Shown here: one piece after another, positions 1 through 8,876 of the stretch
Layout of the letters: every line of letters begins with the position of its first letter
Numbering within the stretch: position 1 is the stretch's first letter
Origin: an uncultured bacterium
GTDB taxonomy: Bacteria; CAYJRR01
DNA length: 35,538 bases
Direction: 5' to 3'
Assembly: GCA_964372275.1 (NCBI GenBank)
Contig: CAYJRR010000038.1
Coordinates: forward strand, 1 to 35,538
Notes under the pieces: generated by a model
What the model was told of the DNA's origin: nothing
Seen by the model: only the letters and a program-made list of their open reading frames with translations
Databases searched by the model: none
Translations under genes and position numbers: made by a program

Positions 1-1323
1 CTGCTCTCGCTCCTGGCAGTGGCGGTCGCCCTGGTCGCGCACGCGCGCGAAAGCGTCCTGCTCGGGTTGGGGATGGCGGGGGTGCTCTCGTTCGCCGCCG
101 CCTTCGCCGCGCCGGCCGCGGCCTTCGGCGTCGGGATCGGCGCCCGTGCCGCGACCGCTCGCCTGGGTCCCGCCGCGCGCCTGGGGGTCGACGGCTTCCG
201 GCGCAACGTCGCCCGGAACAGCGTCACCATCGCCGCGCTCGGGGTGGCGCTGGCCAACGTCTTCAACGTGTCGTCGTTCGTCGACTCCACCAAGCACGCG
301 GTGGTCGGCTGGTTCGAGCGGTCGATCCGCGCCGACCTGTTCGTCTTCGCCGGCCGCGAGGTGCGGGGGAAGTTCGAGCGCCCGCTGCCGCCATCGGTGG
401 GGGACGCGATCCGGGACGTTCCGGGGGTCGCCTTCGCCAACGAGCTGCGGATGGTGCAGTCGAGCTACCGGGACGAGCCGTTCTACCTCGTCTCCTACCA
501 CCTCGAGGAGTACCTGCGGCGCAACGAGATGCCGGTCGTCGCCGGCTCCGCGGAGAAGGCGCTCCCCGAGATCCTGGCCGGACGCGCGGTCGCCGCCAGC
601 GAATCGTTCGCGCGGATCCTGGGGACCAAGATCGGCGACGTAGTGGAGCTTTCGACCCCCGGCGGCCCCCGCCGCTTCACGGTGGCGTTGATCTACGTCG
701 ACTACACCGCCGACATCGGGCTTCTCGCCACCGATCGGGCGGTCTACCGGTCGGTCTGGAAGGACGAGTTGGTGGACTGCTTCGGCGTCTACCTCGAGCC
801 AGGCGCCGACGCGAAGGCGGTGCGCGAGACGATTCTCGCCCGCACCGGATCGGATCACCGCCTGATGGTCTTGCAGAACGCCGACTACCAGCGCGAAGTG
901 ATGGCGCTGATCGACCGCTCGTTCGCGCTCACCCGCAGCATGGAGGCGGTCGCCGTAGTGGTGGCGCTGCTCGGGATCGTCAACACGCTGCTGATCGCGG
1001 TGATCGACCGTCGCCGCGAGATCGGGATCCTCAAAGCGATCGGCGCGCAGGGGGCGCAGGTGCGACGCACCTTCGTCGTCGAAGCCTGGCTCATCGGCTT
1101 GAGCGCGTCGGTGCTGGGGATCGCGTTGGGCCTCGTCTTCGCCTGGTACACCGTCACCGAGCTGATCCGTTTCCAGAACGGCTGGGTCTTCGCCTTCCGC
1201 GTCCCCTGGCGGGAGATCGCCACCCTCGTGCCGCTGGCGCTGGCGGTCGCATGGCTGGCCAGTTTCTGGCCGGCGCGCGCCGCGGCCCGGCTCGACGTGG
1301 TCGAAGCGCTCGAATACGAGTAA
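1..1323 (+). CDS. ABC transporter permease, FtsX/MacB family (5'-truncated by window edge)
   Basis: Frame is open from base 1. TM helices, a MacB-like periplasmic segment, and the FtsX C-terminal signature 'LGIVNTLLIAVIDRRREIGILKAIGA...WPARAAARLDVVEALEYE'. Confidence 0.9.
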   Translation: MLSLLAVAVALVAHARESVLLGLGMAGVLSFAAAFAAPAAAFGVGIGARAATARLGPAARLGVDGFRRNVARNSVTIAALGVALANVFNVSSFVDSTKHAVVGWFERSIRADLFVFAGREVRGKFERPLPPSVGDAIRDVPGVAFANELRMVQSSYRDEPFYLVSYHLEEYLRRNEMPVVAGSAEKALPEILAGRAVAASESFARILGTKIGDVVELSTPGGPRRFTVALIYVDYTADIGLLATDRAVYRSVWKDELVDCFGVYLEPGADAKAVRETILARTGSDHRLMVLQNADYQREVMALIDRSFALTRSMEAVAVVVALLGIVNTLLIAVIDRRREIGILKAIGAQGAQVRRTFVVEAWLIGLSASVLGIALGLVFAWYTVTELIRFQNGWVFAFRVPWREIATLVPLALAVAWLASFWPARAAARLDVVEALEYE

Positions 1324-1333
1324 GTTCGCCGCC

Positions 1334-2371
1334 ATGATCCGGATCGCCCTCGACGGGATGGGTGGAGACCTCGCGCCACGCGCGACGGCCGAGGCGGCGG
1401 CGCAGATCAGCCGGGAGACGACGATCGATCTCGTCCTGGTCGGCCACCCGGACCGGCTCGCGGAGGAGCTTGGCCGCCATCCGCACGACCCCAAGCGGAT
1501 CGAGATCCTCCCCGCCATGGAGGTGATCGAGATGGCGGACAAGCCGCGCGAGGCGTTGGTCCGAAAGAAGGACGCCTCGATCACGGTCGCCTGCAGGGCG
1601 GTGGCGGAGGGGAAGGCCGACGCCCTCGTCTCGGCCGGCTCCACGGGCGCCTTGGTGCTGGCCGCCGCGCGGCAGATCCCGCTCATCCCCGGCGTGAAGA
1701 GGGCGGCGCTGGCGGCGGTCTATCCGACGCGCGACCGGAGCTTCTCCAACGACCGTTTCGCGCTCCTGCTCGACGTCGGCGCGACGGTGCGCTGCTCCGC
1801 CGAGCAGCTCCTCCAGTTCGGCTACATGGGGCACGCCTACGCCAGCCGCATCTCCAAGGTGCCGTCGCCGGCGATCGGGCTCCTCAACATGGGGGAGGAG
1901 GAGACCAAGGGGGACGAGGTCCTCACCACCGCCTACAAGCTGTTGCGCGACGACCCGACGCTGAACTTCATCGGCAACGTGGAGGGGAACGACCTGCCAA
2001 AAGGGGTCGCCGACGTGATCGTCTGCGAGGGGTTCGTCGGCAACGTGGTGCTGAAGATGGCGGAAGGGTTCACCGAGGTAGCCAAGAGCCTCGGGGAGTA
2101 CGCGTTCAAGAACAAGCTCCTCTGGCGAATCGGTCTGGCGCTGCTCTGGTCAGGGCTCAAGGAGCTCAAGCAGGTGACCGATTATCGCGAATACGGCGGC
2201 GCGCCGGTCCTCGGCTTCTCCAAGATCGTGATCAAGGCGCACGGCCGGTCGGGCGCGCGGGCCATCGCCAACGCGGTGAAGGTCGCGGCCAAGGCGGCGC
2301 GGGACGACGTCCCGGGCGAGATCGAACGGAGCATCGCCGCGTTCGCCCAGCGGGCGAGCCCGATCCCGTAA
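1334..2371 (+). CDS. plsX: Phosphate acyltransferase PlsX
   Basis: Motifs 'IALDGMGGDLAP', 'VSAGSTGA', 'GLLNMGEEETKG', 'FIGNVEG', 'CEGFVGNVVLK', 'YGGAPVLG', 'KAHGRS'. Confidence 0.95.
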   Translation: MIRIALDGMGGDLAPRATAEAAAQISRETTIDLVLVGHPDRLAEELGRHPHDPKRIEILPAMEVIEMADKPREALVRKKDASITVACRAVAEGKADALVSAGSTGALVLAAARQIPLIPGVKRAALAAVYPTRDRSFSNDRFALLLDVGATVRCSAEQLLQFGYMGHAYASRISKVPSPAIGLLNMGEEETKGDEVLTTAYKLLRDDPTLNFIGNVEGNDLPKGVADVIVCEGFVGNVVLKMAEGFTEVAKSLGEYAFKNKLLWRIGLALLWSGLKELKQVTDYREYGGAPVLGFSKIVIKAHGRSGARAIANAVKVAAKAARDDVPGEIERSIAAFAQRASPIP

Positions 2372-2446
2372 CGGTCCGCCCTTCGGGCTCCCTCGGGGTC
2401 TCCCCGCACCTCCCCCCGTACCCCTCTGCTAGACTGGGGCGCGATC

Positions 2447-3442
2447 GTGGCCGGTCGGAGGAGAGCGGAGCGAAAGAGCGTCGACCGGACCGCGAAGCGG
2501 TCGCGGCGCGCCACATACCGGGAGATGGTCGTCGCGCCCTCCCCGTTCGCCTGCGCGCAAGGCCCCGACTGGGAGGGGGAGGTCTACGTCTGGGACCTCG
2601 ACCGCACCTATCTCCGGACCGAGTTCGAATCGGTGCGCGACCTGATCCGGACCGCCCTGCAACGCGCCAAGGACAAGGTCGCCTATCCCGGGGTGTCGGC
2701 GTTTCTCCGCGCGCTGCGGCGGGGGGTCGACGGAAAGCCCCGACCGATCTACTTCGTCTCGGCGAGCCCGCCGCAACTGGGCAAGGTGATCCGGCAGAAG
2801 TTCGCGATCGACCGGGTCGACGTCGACGGGATCTACTTCAAGGACAACCTCCGCAACGTGCGGCCGAGCCGCATCCGCCGGCTGCGCGAGCACGTCGGCT
2901 ACAAACTGCTGGCGCTCCTCGACCTGAAGGCGCGCCTCCCGGCCCGATCGCGGCTCGTCTGCTTCGGCGACGACTTCGAGTCCGACGCGCGGATCTACTC
3001 GCTGTACGCCGAGATCCTCGGGCGCTGGCTCACCGGGCGGGCGCTGTCGACCTTCCTCGCCAAGCAGGGGGTCTTCCCCGACGAGGCCTCCCGGATCGCC
3101 TGGCGCGCGCGGCGCGTCGCGAAAGGAAGCGCCGTCGACCGGATCTTCATCCACCTCCACCGGACGGAGGACGCGCGCTACTACCGCCGGTTCGGGGCCA
3201 AGGTGATCGGGACGCGCAACTACTTCCAGACCGCGTTCGTCTGCGCCGCCGAAGGCCGGATCGACGCCGAGGGGCTGGCGGAGGTCGGCGAGGAGATCCT
3301 CGGGACGCGCCTGGTGAACGCGCACGATCTGGCGACCGGGATCCACGACCTGCTCGGACGCGGGGTGGTGAGCGAAGCGGCGGTGATGCGCCTGGGGCCC
3401 GCGCTCGTCGAGCGACGCGTCCTCCCCGCCGGCTTCCCGTAG
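2447..3442 (+). CDS. HAD-superfamily phosphatase resembling App1/DUF2183 phosphatidate phosphatases (alternative start ATG 2525)
   Basis: DxDxT motif 'WDLDRTY', then 'YPG', 'FVSASP', a Lys in 'GYKL', and 'FGDDFESDARIY', in HAD motif I-IV order. Confidence 0.65.
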   Translation: MAGRRRAERKSVDRTAKRSRRATYREMVVAPSPFACAQGPDWEGEVYVWDLDRTYLRTEFESVRDLIRTALQRAKDKVAYPGVSAFLRALRRGVDGKPRPIYFVSASPPQLGKVIRQKFAIDRVDVDGIYFKDNLRNVRPSRIRRLREHVGYKLLALLDLKARLPARSRLVCFGDDFESDARIYSLYAEILGRWLTGRALSTFLAKQGVFPDEASRIAWRARRVAKGSAVDRIFIHLHRTEDARYYRRFGAKVIGTRNYFQTAFVCAAEGRIDAEGLAEVGEEILGTRLVNAHDLATGIHDLLGRGVVSEAAVMRLGPALVERRVLPAGFP

Positions 3443-3476
3443 GTTGCGGCGAGCCCCGGCAATCGCTCCCGGCGTG

Positions 3477-3962
3477 TCAGACGAGGTCGCTGGAGTCGAA
3501 CGGCGACGGCAGGAGCGCGGCGAGGCGGACTCTCTTCGTCCGTCCGCGCACGTTGGCCAGGACGACGACGCAGTCCGGGGCGAACTCCCAGAGCACCTGG
3601 CGGCAGGCGCCGCAGGGCGGGGTGAGCGAGGCGGCGTCGGTGACGATCGCGATCTGGTCGAAGTCGCGCACCCCGTCGGAGAGCGCCTTGTAGATCGCCA
3701 CCCGCTCGGCGCAGCAGGTGAGCGAGAACGACGCGTTCTCGATGTTGCAGCCGGTGAAGACCCGTCCGTCGGTGGAACGGATCGCCGCGCCGACCTTGAA
3801 GCGGCTGAACGGGGCGAAGGCGAAGTCGCGCGCGTTGCGTGCCGCCCCCAGCAGCGCGCGAACGTCGCTCTTCGCGGCCCGCACGGCGGTGATGCGACCG
3901 GCGGCCCGGGGCGATCGTTCCCCCGCCGCGCTTCGTAACGGCCTGCGGCCCTTCCTCTTCAT
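3477..3962 (-). CDS. cdd: Cytidine deaminase (homotetrameric type)
   Basis: 'APFSRFKVGAA', 'GCNIENAS', 'CAERVAI', 'PCGACRQ'. Start overlaps the punA stop (ATGA). Confidence 0.95.
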   Translation of the reverse strand: MKRKGRRPLRSAAGERSPRAAGRITAVRAAKSDVRALLGAARNARDFAFAPFSRFKVGAAIRSTDGRVFTGCNIENASFSLTCCAERVAIYKALSDGVRDFDQIAIVTDAASLTPPCGACRQVLWEFAPDCVVVLANVRGRTKRVRLAALLPSPFDSSDLV

Positions 3963-4807
3963 AGCGTCGCCACCACCTCGGTCAGCAGCCGCTCGAACCC
4001 GGGACGCGCCTGCGCCGCGGCGGCGGTGACCTCCTCGTGGGTGAGCGGGGTCGGCGAGAGACCGGCGGCCGCGTTGGCGATGAGCGAGATGCCGAGAACA
4101 CGCATCCCGCCGTGCCTCGCCACGATCACCTCCGGCACCGTCGACATCCCGACGGCGTCCGCCCCGAGCGTGCGGAGCATGCGCACCTCGGCCGGCGTCT
4201 CGTAGGTGGGCCCCAGCAACGCGGCGTAGACCCCCTCCACCACCGGGAGGCCGAGCCGCCGTCCGACCTCCCGCGCGCGCGCGCGAAGCTCGGGATCGTA
4301 GGCCGCGCTCAGGTCGGGGAAGCGGGGCCCGAGTCGCTCATCGTTCTCGCCGACCAGCGGATTCACCCCTTGCAGGTTGAGGTGATCGCTCATCACCATG
4401 AACGTCCCGGCCGCCCAGTCGGCGCGAAGCCCGCCGGCGGCGTTGGTGACGATCAACGTCTCGACCCCCAGCGCGCGCAGCACGCGCACCGGAAAGGTGA
4501 CGGCGCGAGGCTCCTTCCCTTCGTAAAGATGGACTCGCCCGGCGAGCGCCGCGACCCGTCGCCCGGCGAGAGTACCGGCGACGAGTCGCCCGGCGTGGCC
4601 GACGACGGTGGAGACCGGAAACCCGTCGATCTCGGCGTAGGGGATCGAGACGGCCGACACGAGGCCGGCCGCAGGCCCGATGCGCGCCGCGAGCGATCCG
4701 AGGCCCGATCCGAGGATCATCCCGATCGACGGCGGGGCCCCGAGACGCGGGCGGAGCGCCGCCGCCACCCGTTCGATCCGCTCGTACTCGCTCGCCCCGA
4801 CGCTCAC
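3959..4807 (-). CDS. punA: Purine nucleoside phosphorylase, trimeric (PNP-I) family
   Basis: 'ILGSGLG', 'GHAG', 'GRVHLYEG', 'TNAAGG', 'GPTYET', 'VGMSTVPE'. Start placed at GTG 4807, which overlaps the pdp TGA; the 659-aa ORF call is over-extended. Confidence 0.93.
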   Translation of the reverse strand: MSVGASEYERIERVAAALRPRLGAPPSIGMILGSGLGSLAARIGPAAGLVSAVSIPYAEIDGFPVSTVVGHAGRLVAGTLAGRRVAALAGRVHLYEGKEPRAVTFPVRVLRALGVETLIVTNAAGGLRADWAAGTFMVMSDHLNLQGVNPLVGENDERLGPRFPDLSAAYDPELRARAREVGRRLGLPVVEGVYAALLGPTYETPAEVRMLRTLGADAVGMSTVPEVIVARHGGMRVLGISLIANAAAGLSPTPLTHEEVTAAAAQARPGFERLLTEVVATL

Positions 4808-6108
4808 CGGACCACCCCCTGCACCAACGGCCGCCCGGCGGGGCGTCCGACCGAATACCGGTAGGCCCGCGTCAGCAGCCGGCGCGACTCCTCGAGGCGC
4901 GCGTCGGCATTGTAGTGGATGCGGGCCACCGGCTGCCCCTTCGACACGCGATCGCCGCGCTTGGCCAGGAGCTCGATCCCCACCGCCGGGTCGATCGCGT
5001 CGTCCACCCGCTCCCGGCCGGCGCCGAGGATCAACGCCGCGACGCCGACCGCCTCGGCGTCGATCCGGTGAACAAAGCCGCTCCGCTCCGCCTGGACTTC
5101 GGCGGCGTGGCGCGCGGCGGGCAGGCGGCCGGGGTCGTCGACGACCGACGCGTCCCCGCCCTGCGCGACAACGATCTCGCGAAACTTGGCCAGCCCCGAT
5201 CGGTCGTCGATGCGGGCGCGGATCCGCGCGCGACCGTCGGCCAGGCTGCGCGCCTGGGCCCCGAGCAGGAGCATGTGCGCCCCCAGCTCCACGGTGAGCG
5301 CCACCACGTCGGGAGGTCCGGCGCCGTTCAGGACCTCGATCGTCTCCTTCACCTCGAGGGCGTTCCCCACCGTCCGGCCGAGCGGCTGGTCCATGTCGGT
5401 GAGGACGGCGACGACGCGCTTCTTCATCCGCTTCCCGATCCCCACCATCGTCGACGCCAGGCGCGCGGCGTCGGCCCGCGTCTTCATGAAGGCACCCGAC
5501 CCGACCTTGACGTCGAGCACCAGCGCGTCGATCCCCTCCGCCAGCTTCTTCGACATGATGGAAGAGGCGATCAGCGGAACGCTTTCGACCGTCGCCGTCA
5601 CGTCGCGCAGGGCGTAGAGCCTTTTGTCGGCCGGCGCGATCTCGCGCGTCTGGCCGATCAGGCAGCAGCCGACGGTGGCGACCAGCCGGCGGTACTCCGC
5701 CGTCGGGAGGTCGACCCGGAATCCGGCGATCGACTGCAGCTTGTCGAGGGTTCCTCCGGTGTGCCCCAGCCCGCGCCCGGAGACCATCGGTACGCGCACG
5801 CCGCACGCGGCGACCAGCGGCGCGAGCGGCAACGAGATCTTGTCGCCGACGCCGCCGGTGGAGTGTTTGTCGACCTTCCGTCCGGGGAGGTCCGACAGGT
5901 CGAGCACCACGCCGCTCTCGATCATCGCCCGCGTCCACGCGGCGAGCTCGCGCGCCGTCATCCCCCGGAGCACGATCGCCATCAGAAGCGCCGACATCTG
6001 GTAGTCGGGGACCCGTTCCGCGGTGTACTCGCGCAGGAGGGTCTCGATCTCCCCGTCGGTCAGGGTGCCGCCGTCGCGTTTCCGGCGGATCAGGTCGTAG
6101 GCGCGCAT
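4804..6108 (-). CDS. pdp: Pyrimidine-nucleoside / thymidine phosphorylase
   Basis: 'IRRKRDG', 'DKHSTGGVGDK', 'SGRGLGHTGGTLDKL', 'LRDVTATV', 'SIMSKKLAEG', 'DVKVGSGAFM'. Confidence 0.95.
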   Translation of the reverse strand: MRAYDLIRRKRDGGTLTDGEIETLLREYTAERVPDYQMSALLMAIVLRGMTARELAAWTRAMIESGVVLDLSDLPGRKVDKHSTGGVGDKISLPLAPLVAACGVRVPMVSGRGLGHTGGTLDKLQSIAGFRVDLPTAEYRRLVATVGCCLIGQTREIAPADKRLYALRDVTATVESVPLIASSIMSKKLAEGIDALVLDVKVGSGAFMKTRADAARLASTMVGIGKRMKKRVVAVLTDMDQPLGRTVGNALEVKETIEVLNGAGPPDVVALTVELGAHMLLLGAQARSLADGRARIRARIDDRSGLAKFREIVVAQGGDASVVDDPGRLPAARHAAEVQAERSGFVHRIDAEAVGVAALILGAGRERVDDAIDPAVGIELLAKRGDRVSKGQPVARIHYNADARLEESRRLLTRAYRYSVGRPAGRPLVQGVVR

Positions 6109-6209
6109 CGAAAGGCTCGCCCGGAGTCTACCCCAGCGCCCGGCCGGCGCGACGTTTGCGCATTGCCGCTCGATCGCCCGCGCGCATCGTCGCGGTCGAG
6201 GAGGACTCC

Positions 6210-7115
6210 ATGACGACGAAGGCGTGGTCGGCCCTGTGCCTTGCCGCGGCGCTCGCCGCAGGCGGGTGTCAGGCGATGACGAAGGAACGGATCGGACGGC
6301 GCATCGGGATGGCGGGCCCCGCGAAGGTCGCCGACGAGGACGTCGGCCGGATCCCTCCGGTGGAGCTGGCGCGCGTGGAGCGCTTCCGGGAGGAGGTGAA
6401 CCGGCTCGAGGACGCGGCGCGGCGGGCCAAGGCGGACGTCGCGATCGAGCGCGCGAAGTCGGAGGTGGCGAAGAGCGCGATCGACGCCGCCCGGGCCGAC
6501 CTGGAGCTGGCGAAGGCGCGGCGCAAGGCGGCGATGGCCACCGGCGACCGCGAACGGATCGACCTGTCCGAGGTCGAGTGGAAGCGCGCGCAGGCGGTCG
6601 TCGACGTGGCGAAGGCGAAGGAGGGGTTGGCCCGCGAAGAGCTCGAGACGGCCAAGGCCTCGAGCGAGGTCGCCGAGCGGCGCGTCGAGTCGGCCCGCGC
6701 GCAGCTGGAACGCGAGACGCTCCGGACGCTGCAGGCGAGCGGCGACGCGGCCGCCGACCGCTATTCGATGCGCGATTTCGACCGCGCCGTCGAGGAGTCG
6801 GTGGCGCAGCTGGCGAGCGCGGAGCGCCGGCTCCCCGAACGGCAGCGCCGGCTGGAGGAGGCGCGACACCGTGTCGATCGGACCTCGGCGGAGCTGGAGG
6901 ACGTCGAAGACGAGATCCGTCGGGTGCGCGGCGTGGAGGAGGAGATCCGGATCGAGGAGCCGGAGGCGGTGCCGCTGCCGGGGATGGAGGGGGAGACCGG
7001 GGGGGAGCCGGAGCCGGAGTCGGAGCCGGAAGGGACCGAGGAGGAGTCGGAGATGGGGACCACGCCGGAGGAGGACGGGGCGCAGGAGCCGGAGCCGCTA
7101 CCGGAGGCGCAGTAG
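6210..7115 (+). CDS. Putative coiled-coil lipoprotein with acidic Glu/Pro-rich tail, function unknown
   Basis: SD GAGGAG before ATG 6210. Signal peptide with lipobox-like 'AAGGC'. Long Ala/Glu/Arg helical region and an EPEPESEPE tail. Confidence 0.7.
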   Translation: MTTKAWSALCLAAALAAGGCQAMTKERIGRRIGMAGPAKVADEDVGRIPPVELARVERFREEVNRLEDAARRAKADVAIERAKSEVAKSAIDAARADLELAKARRKAAMATGDRERIDLSEVEWKRAQAVVDVAKAKEGLAREELETAKASSEVAERRVESARAQLERETLRTLQASGDAAADRYSMRDFDRAVEESVAQLASAERRLPERQRRLEEARHRVDRTSAELEDVEDEIRRVRGVEEEIRIEEPEAVPLPGMEGETGGEPEPESEPEGTEEESEMGTTPEEDGAQEPEPLPEAQ

Positions 7116-7171
7116 TCGGATCGGATCGGATCGGTATCGGTAACCGAATCCGGTCCGATCCGATCGGTCCG
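7116..7171. repeat. TCGGA/TCCGA pentamer repeat forming a long inverted repeat between convergent genes (possible bidirectional terminator or REP-like element)
   Basis: TCGGA x3 then TCGGT...ACCGA...TCCGATCCGATC. The arm GATCGGATCGGA pairs perfectly with TCCGATCCGATC. Confidence 0.75.
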
Positions 7172-7705
7172 TCAGTTCGCCGGCTTCTGCATCCGCGCGA
7201 AGAACTCCTGCTGCGCCTTCTGCATCTCCTTCGGCGAGAGGTCCTTCGTGTGGGTCGCGATCGACCAGGCGTGACCGAACGGATCGTGGAGGGTCCCGAA
7301 ACGGTCCCCCCAGAACATGTCGGTCGGCGGCATGACCGTTTTCGCCCCCTGGGTCACCGCCCGCTGGAACGTCTTGTCGACGTCCGGGGTGTAGATCATC
7401 AGGCTGGCAGTCGACGCGCCGGCCGACTCCGGCGCCTTCTCCGCCGACTGCGGCGACTCGTCGGAGAACATCACGACGGAGTCCCCGATCTTGATCTCGG
7501 CATGCATCACCGAACCGCCGGGTCCGGGCATCCGGAGCAGTTCCTTCGCCCCGAAGGCCTTCCGATACCAGTCGATCGCCTGCGCCGCGTTCTTCAACGT
7601 GAGGTGCGGAGTGACCGAGTGGAACCCCTTCGCGATCGGTGACACCTTCGTCGCCGCCGCCTTCTTCGCCTTGGCCCGCGTCGCCTTCTTCCTCGTCTTC
7701 GTCAT
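7172..7705 (-). CDS. VOC/glyoxalase family protein (PhnB-like)
   Basis: 'GFHSVTPHL', 'MHAEIKIGDS', 'DMFWGDRFG...DPFGHAWSIATH'. SD GAGGAGG before ATG 7705. Confidence 0.9.
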   Translation of the reverse strand: MTKTRKKATRAKAKKAAATKVSPIAKGFHSVTPHLTLKNAAQAIDWYRKAFGAKELLRMPGPGGSVMHAEIKIGDSVVMFSDESPQSAEKAPESAGASTASLMIYTPDVDKTFQRAVTQGAKTVMPPTDMFWGDRFGTLHDPFGHAWSIATHTKDLSPKEMQKAQQEFFARMQKPAN

Positions 7706-7783
7706 GGAACCTCCTCTCGAAACTCCGCGAGACCACTGCGACTCGACCGTGCGGTCATGGGCGCCCGTGGATCCGAACCGCGG

Positions 7784-7813
7784 TTGACCGCGCTTCGACG
7801 GGGCCCCTACGAT
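7784..7813 (+). promoter_or_regulatory. Sigma70-type promoter of the nucleoside ABC operon, probably leaderless
   Basis: TTGACC (7784-7789), 18-nt spacer, TACGAT (7808-7813), 7 nt, then ATG 7821. No SD. Confidence 0.6.
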
Positions 7814-7820
7814 CCGCCGG

Positions 7821-8867
7821 ATGAGACGCGCCCTCTTCGCCGCGCTCCTGGCCGCCGCGGCCTGCAAGTCGCCCCCCTCGCCCCCCGCCGGCGGCGGAAC
7901 GGCCGCGCCGGCGCCGGCCGGCGGCGCGGCCGACGCGCGCGAGACGCCCGTCTCCGTCGGCCTGGTGTTCGACATCGGTGGCCGCGGGGACAACTCGTTC
8001 AACGACGCGGCCGACCGGGGTCTCGAGCGGGCGAAGGCCGAGCTCGGGGTCCGGACCGAGGTGCTGGAGCCCGGCGACGGCGCCGACCGCGAAAGCGCGC
8101 TGCGGCAGCTGGCCGCCAAGGAGCACGACCTGATCGTCGGCGTCGGCTTCCTGTTCACCGACGACATCGTCCAGCTGGCGAAGGAGTTCCCCTCCAAGAG
8201 GTTCGCCTGCGTCGACTTCACCGTCACGCCCGGCGCCGAGATCCCGCCGAACCTGGTCGCGCTCAAATTCAAGGAGGAGGAAGGCTCCTTCCTGGTGGGG
8301 GCGCTCGCCGCCCTCGTCTCCAGGACCGGCAAGGTCGGGTTCGTCGGCGGGATGGAGATCCCGCTGATCAAGAAGTTCGAGGCCGGCTTCAAGGCCGGGG
8401 TGGCGGAGGTCGCCCCGGCGATGCCGGTCCTCCTCAAATACGCCGGCGTCACCGGGGACGCCTTCCGCAATCCGGCGAGGGGGAAGGAGCTGGCCATCGC
8501 GATCTACGGCCAGGGGGCCGACGTGATCTTCCACGCCTCCGGCTCGACCGGCCAGGGGGTCTTCGCCGCGGCCAAGGAGTCGGGACGACTCGCCATCGGC
8601 GTCGACTCCGACCAGCACGCGCTCGCCCCGGGGCACGTCCTCACCTCGATGGTGAAGCGCGTCGACGTCGCCGTCTTCGAGGAGGTCCGCGCGGTGAAGG
8701 AGGGGCGCTTCCAGGGCGGGGTGCGGACCTTCGACCTCGCGTCGGGGGGCGTCGACTACGTCTACGACGAGCGCAACCGGCCGCAGATTCCCGACGACGT
8801 GCGCGCGAAGGTGGAGACGCTGCGCGGCCGGATCGTCCGCGGCGAGATCCAGGTCCCCTCCATCTGA
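7821..8867 (+). CDS. BMP-family nucleoside ABC transporter substrate-binding lipoprotein
   Basis: Lipobox 'AAAC'. 'GGRGDNSFN', 'FKEEEGSFLVG', 'GFVGGM', 'AIGVDSDQ', 'TSMVKRVD'. Confidence 0.92.
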   Translation: MRRALFAALLAAAACKSPPSPPAGGGTAAPAPAGGAADARETPVSVGLVFDIGGRGDNSFNDAADRGLERAKAELGVRTEVLEPGDGADRESALRQLAAKEHDLIVGVGFLFTDDIVQLAKEFPSKRFACVDFTVTPGAEIPPNLVALKFKEEEGSFLVGALAALVSRTGKVGFVGGMEIPLIKKFEAGFKAGVAEVAPAMPVLLKYAGVTGDAFRNPARGKELAIAIYGQGADVIFHASGSTGQGVFAAAKESGRLAIGVDSDQHALAPGHVLTSMVKRVDVAVFEEVRAVKEGRFQGGVRTFDLASGGVDYVYDERNRPQIPDDVRAKVETLRGRIVRGEIQVPSI

Positions 8868-8876
8868 CGACGCCGC

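Noticed and set aside
2372..2425. Possible terminator or ncRNA after plsX
   Set aside because: Only a 4-bp stem, no U-tract and no recognisable RNA family.
4808..5938. Apparent long N-terminal extension on PNP, or a pdp-punA frameshift fusion
   Set aside because: The extension is an off-frame read of pdp. A GTGA stop/start overlap at 4804-4807 explains both genes.
7116..7171. Possible CRISPR array at the pentamer repeats (also 28687-28762)
   Set aside because: Units are 5-6 nt with no unique spacers, and no cas genes are in the window.
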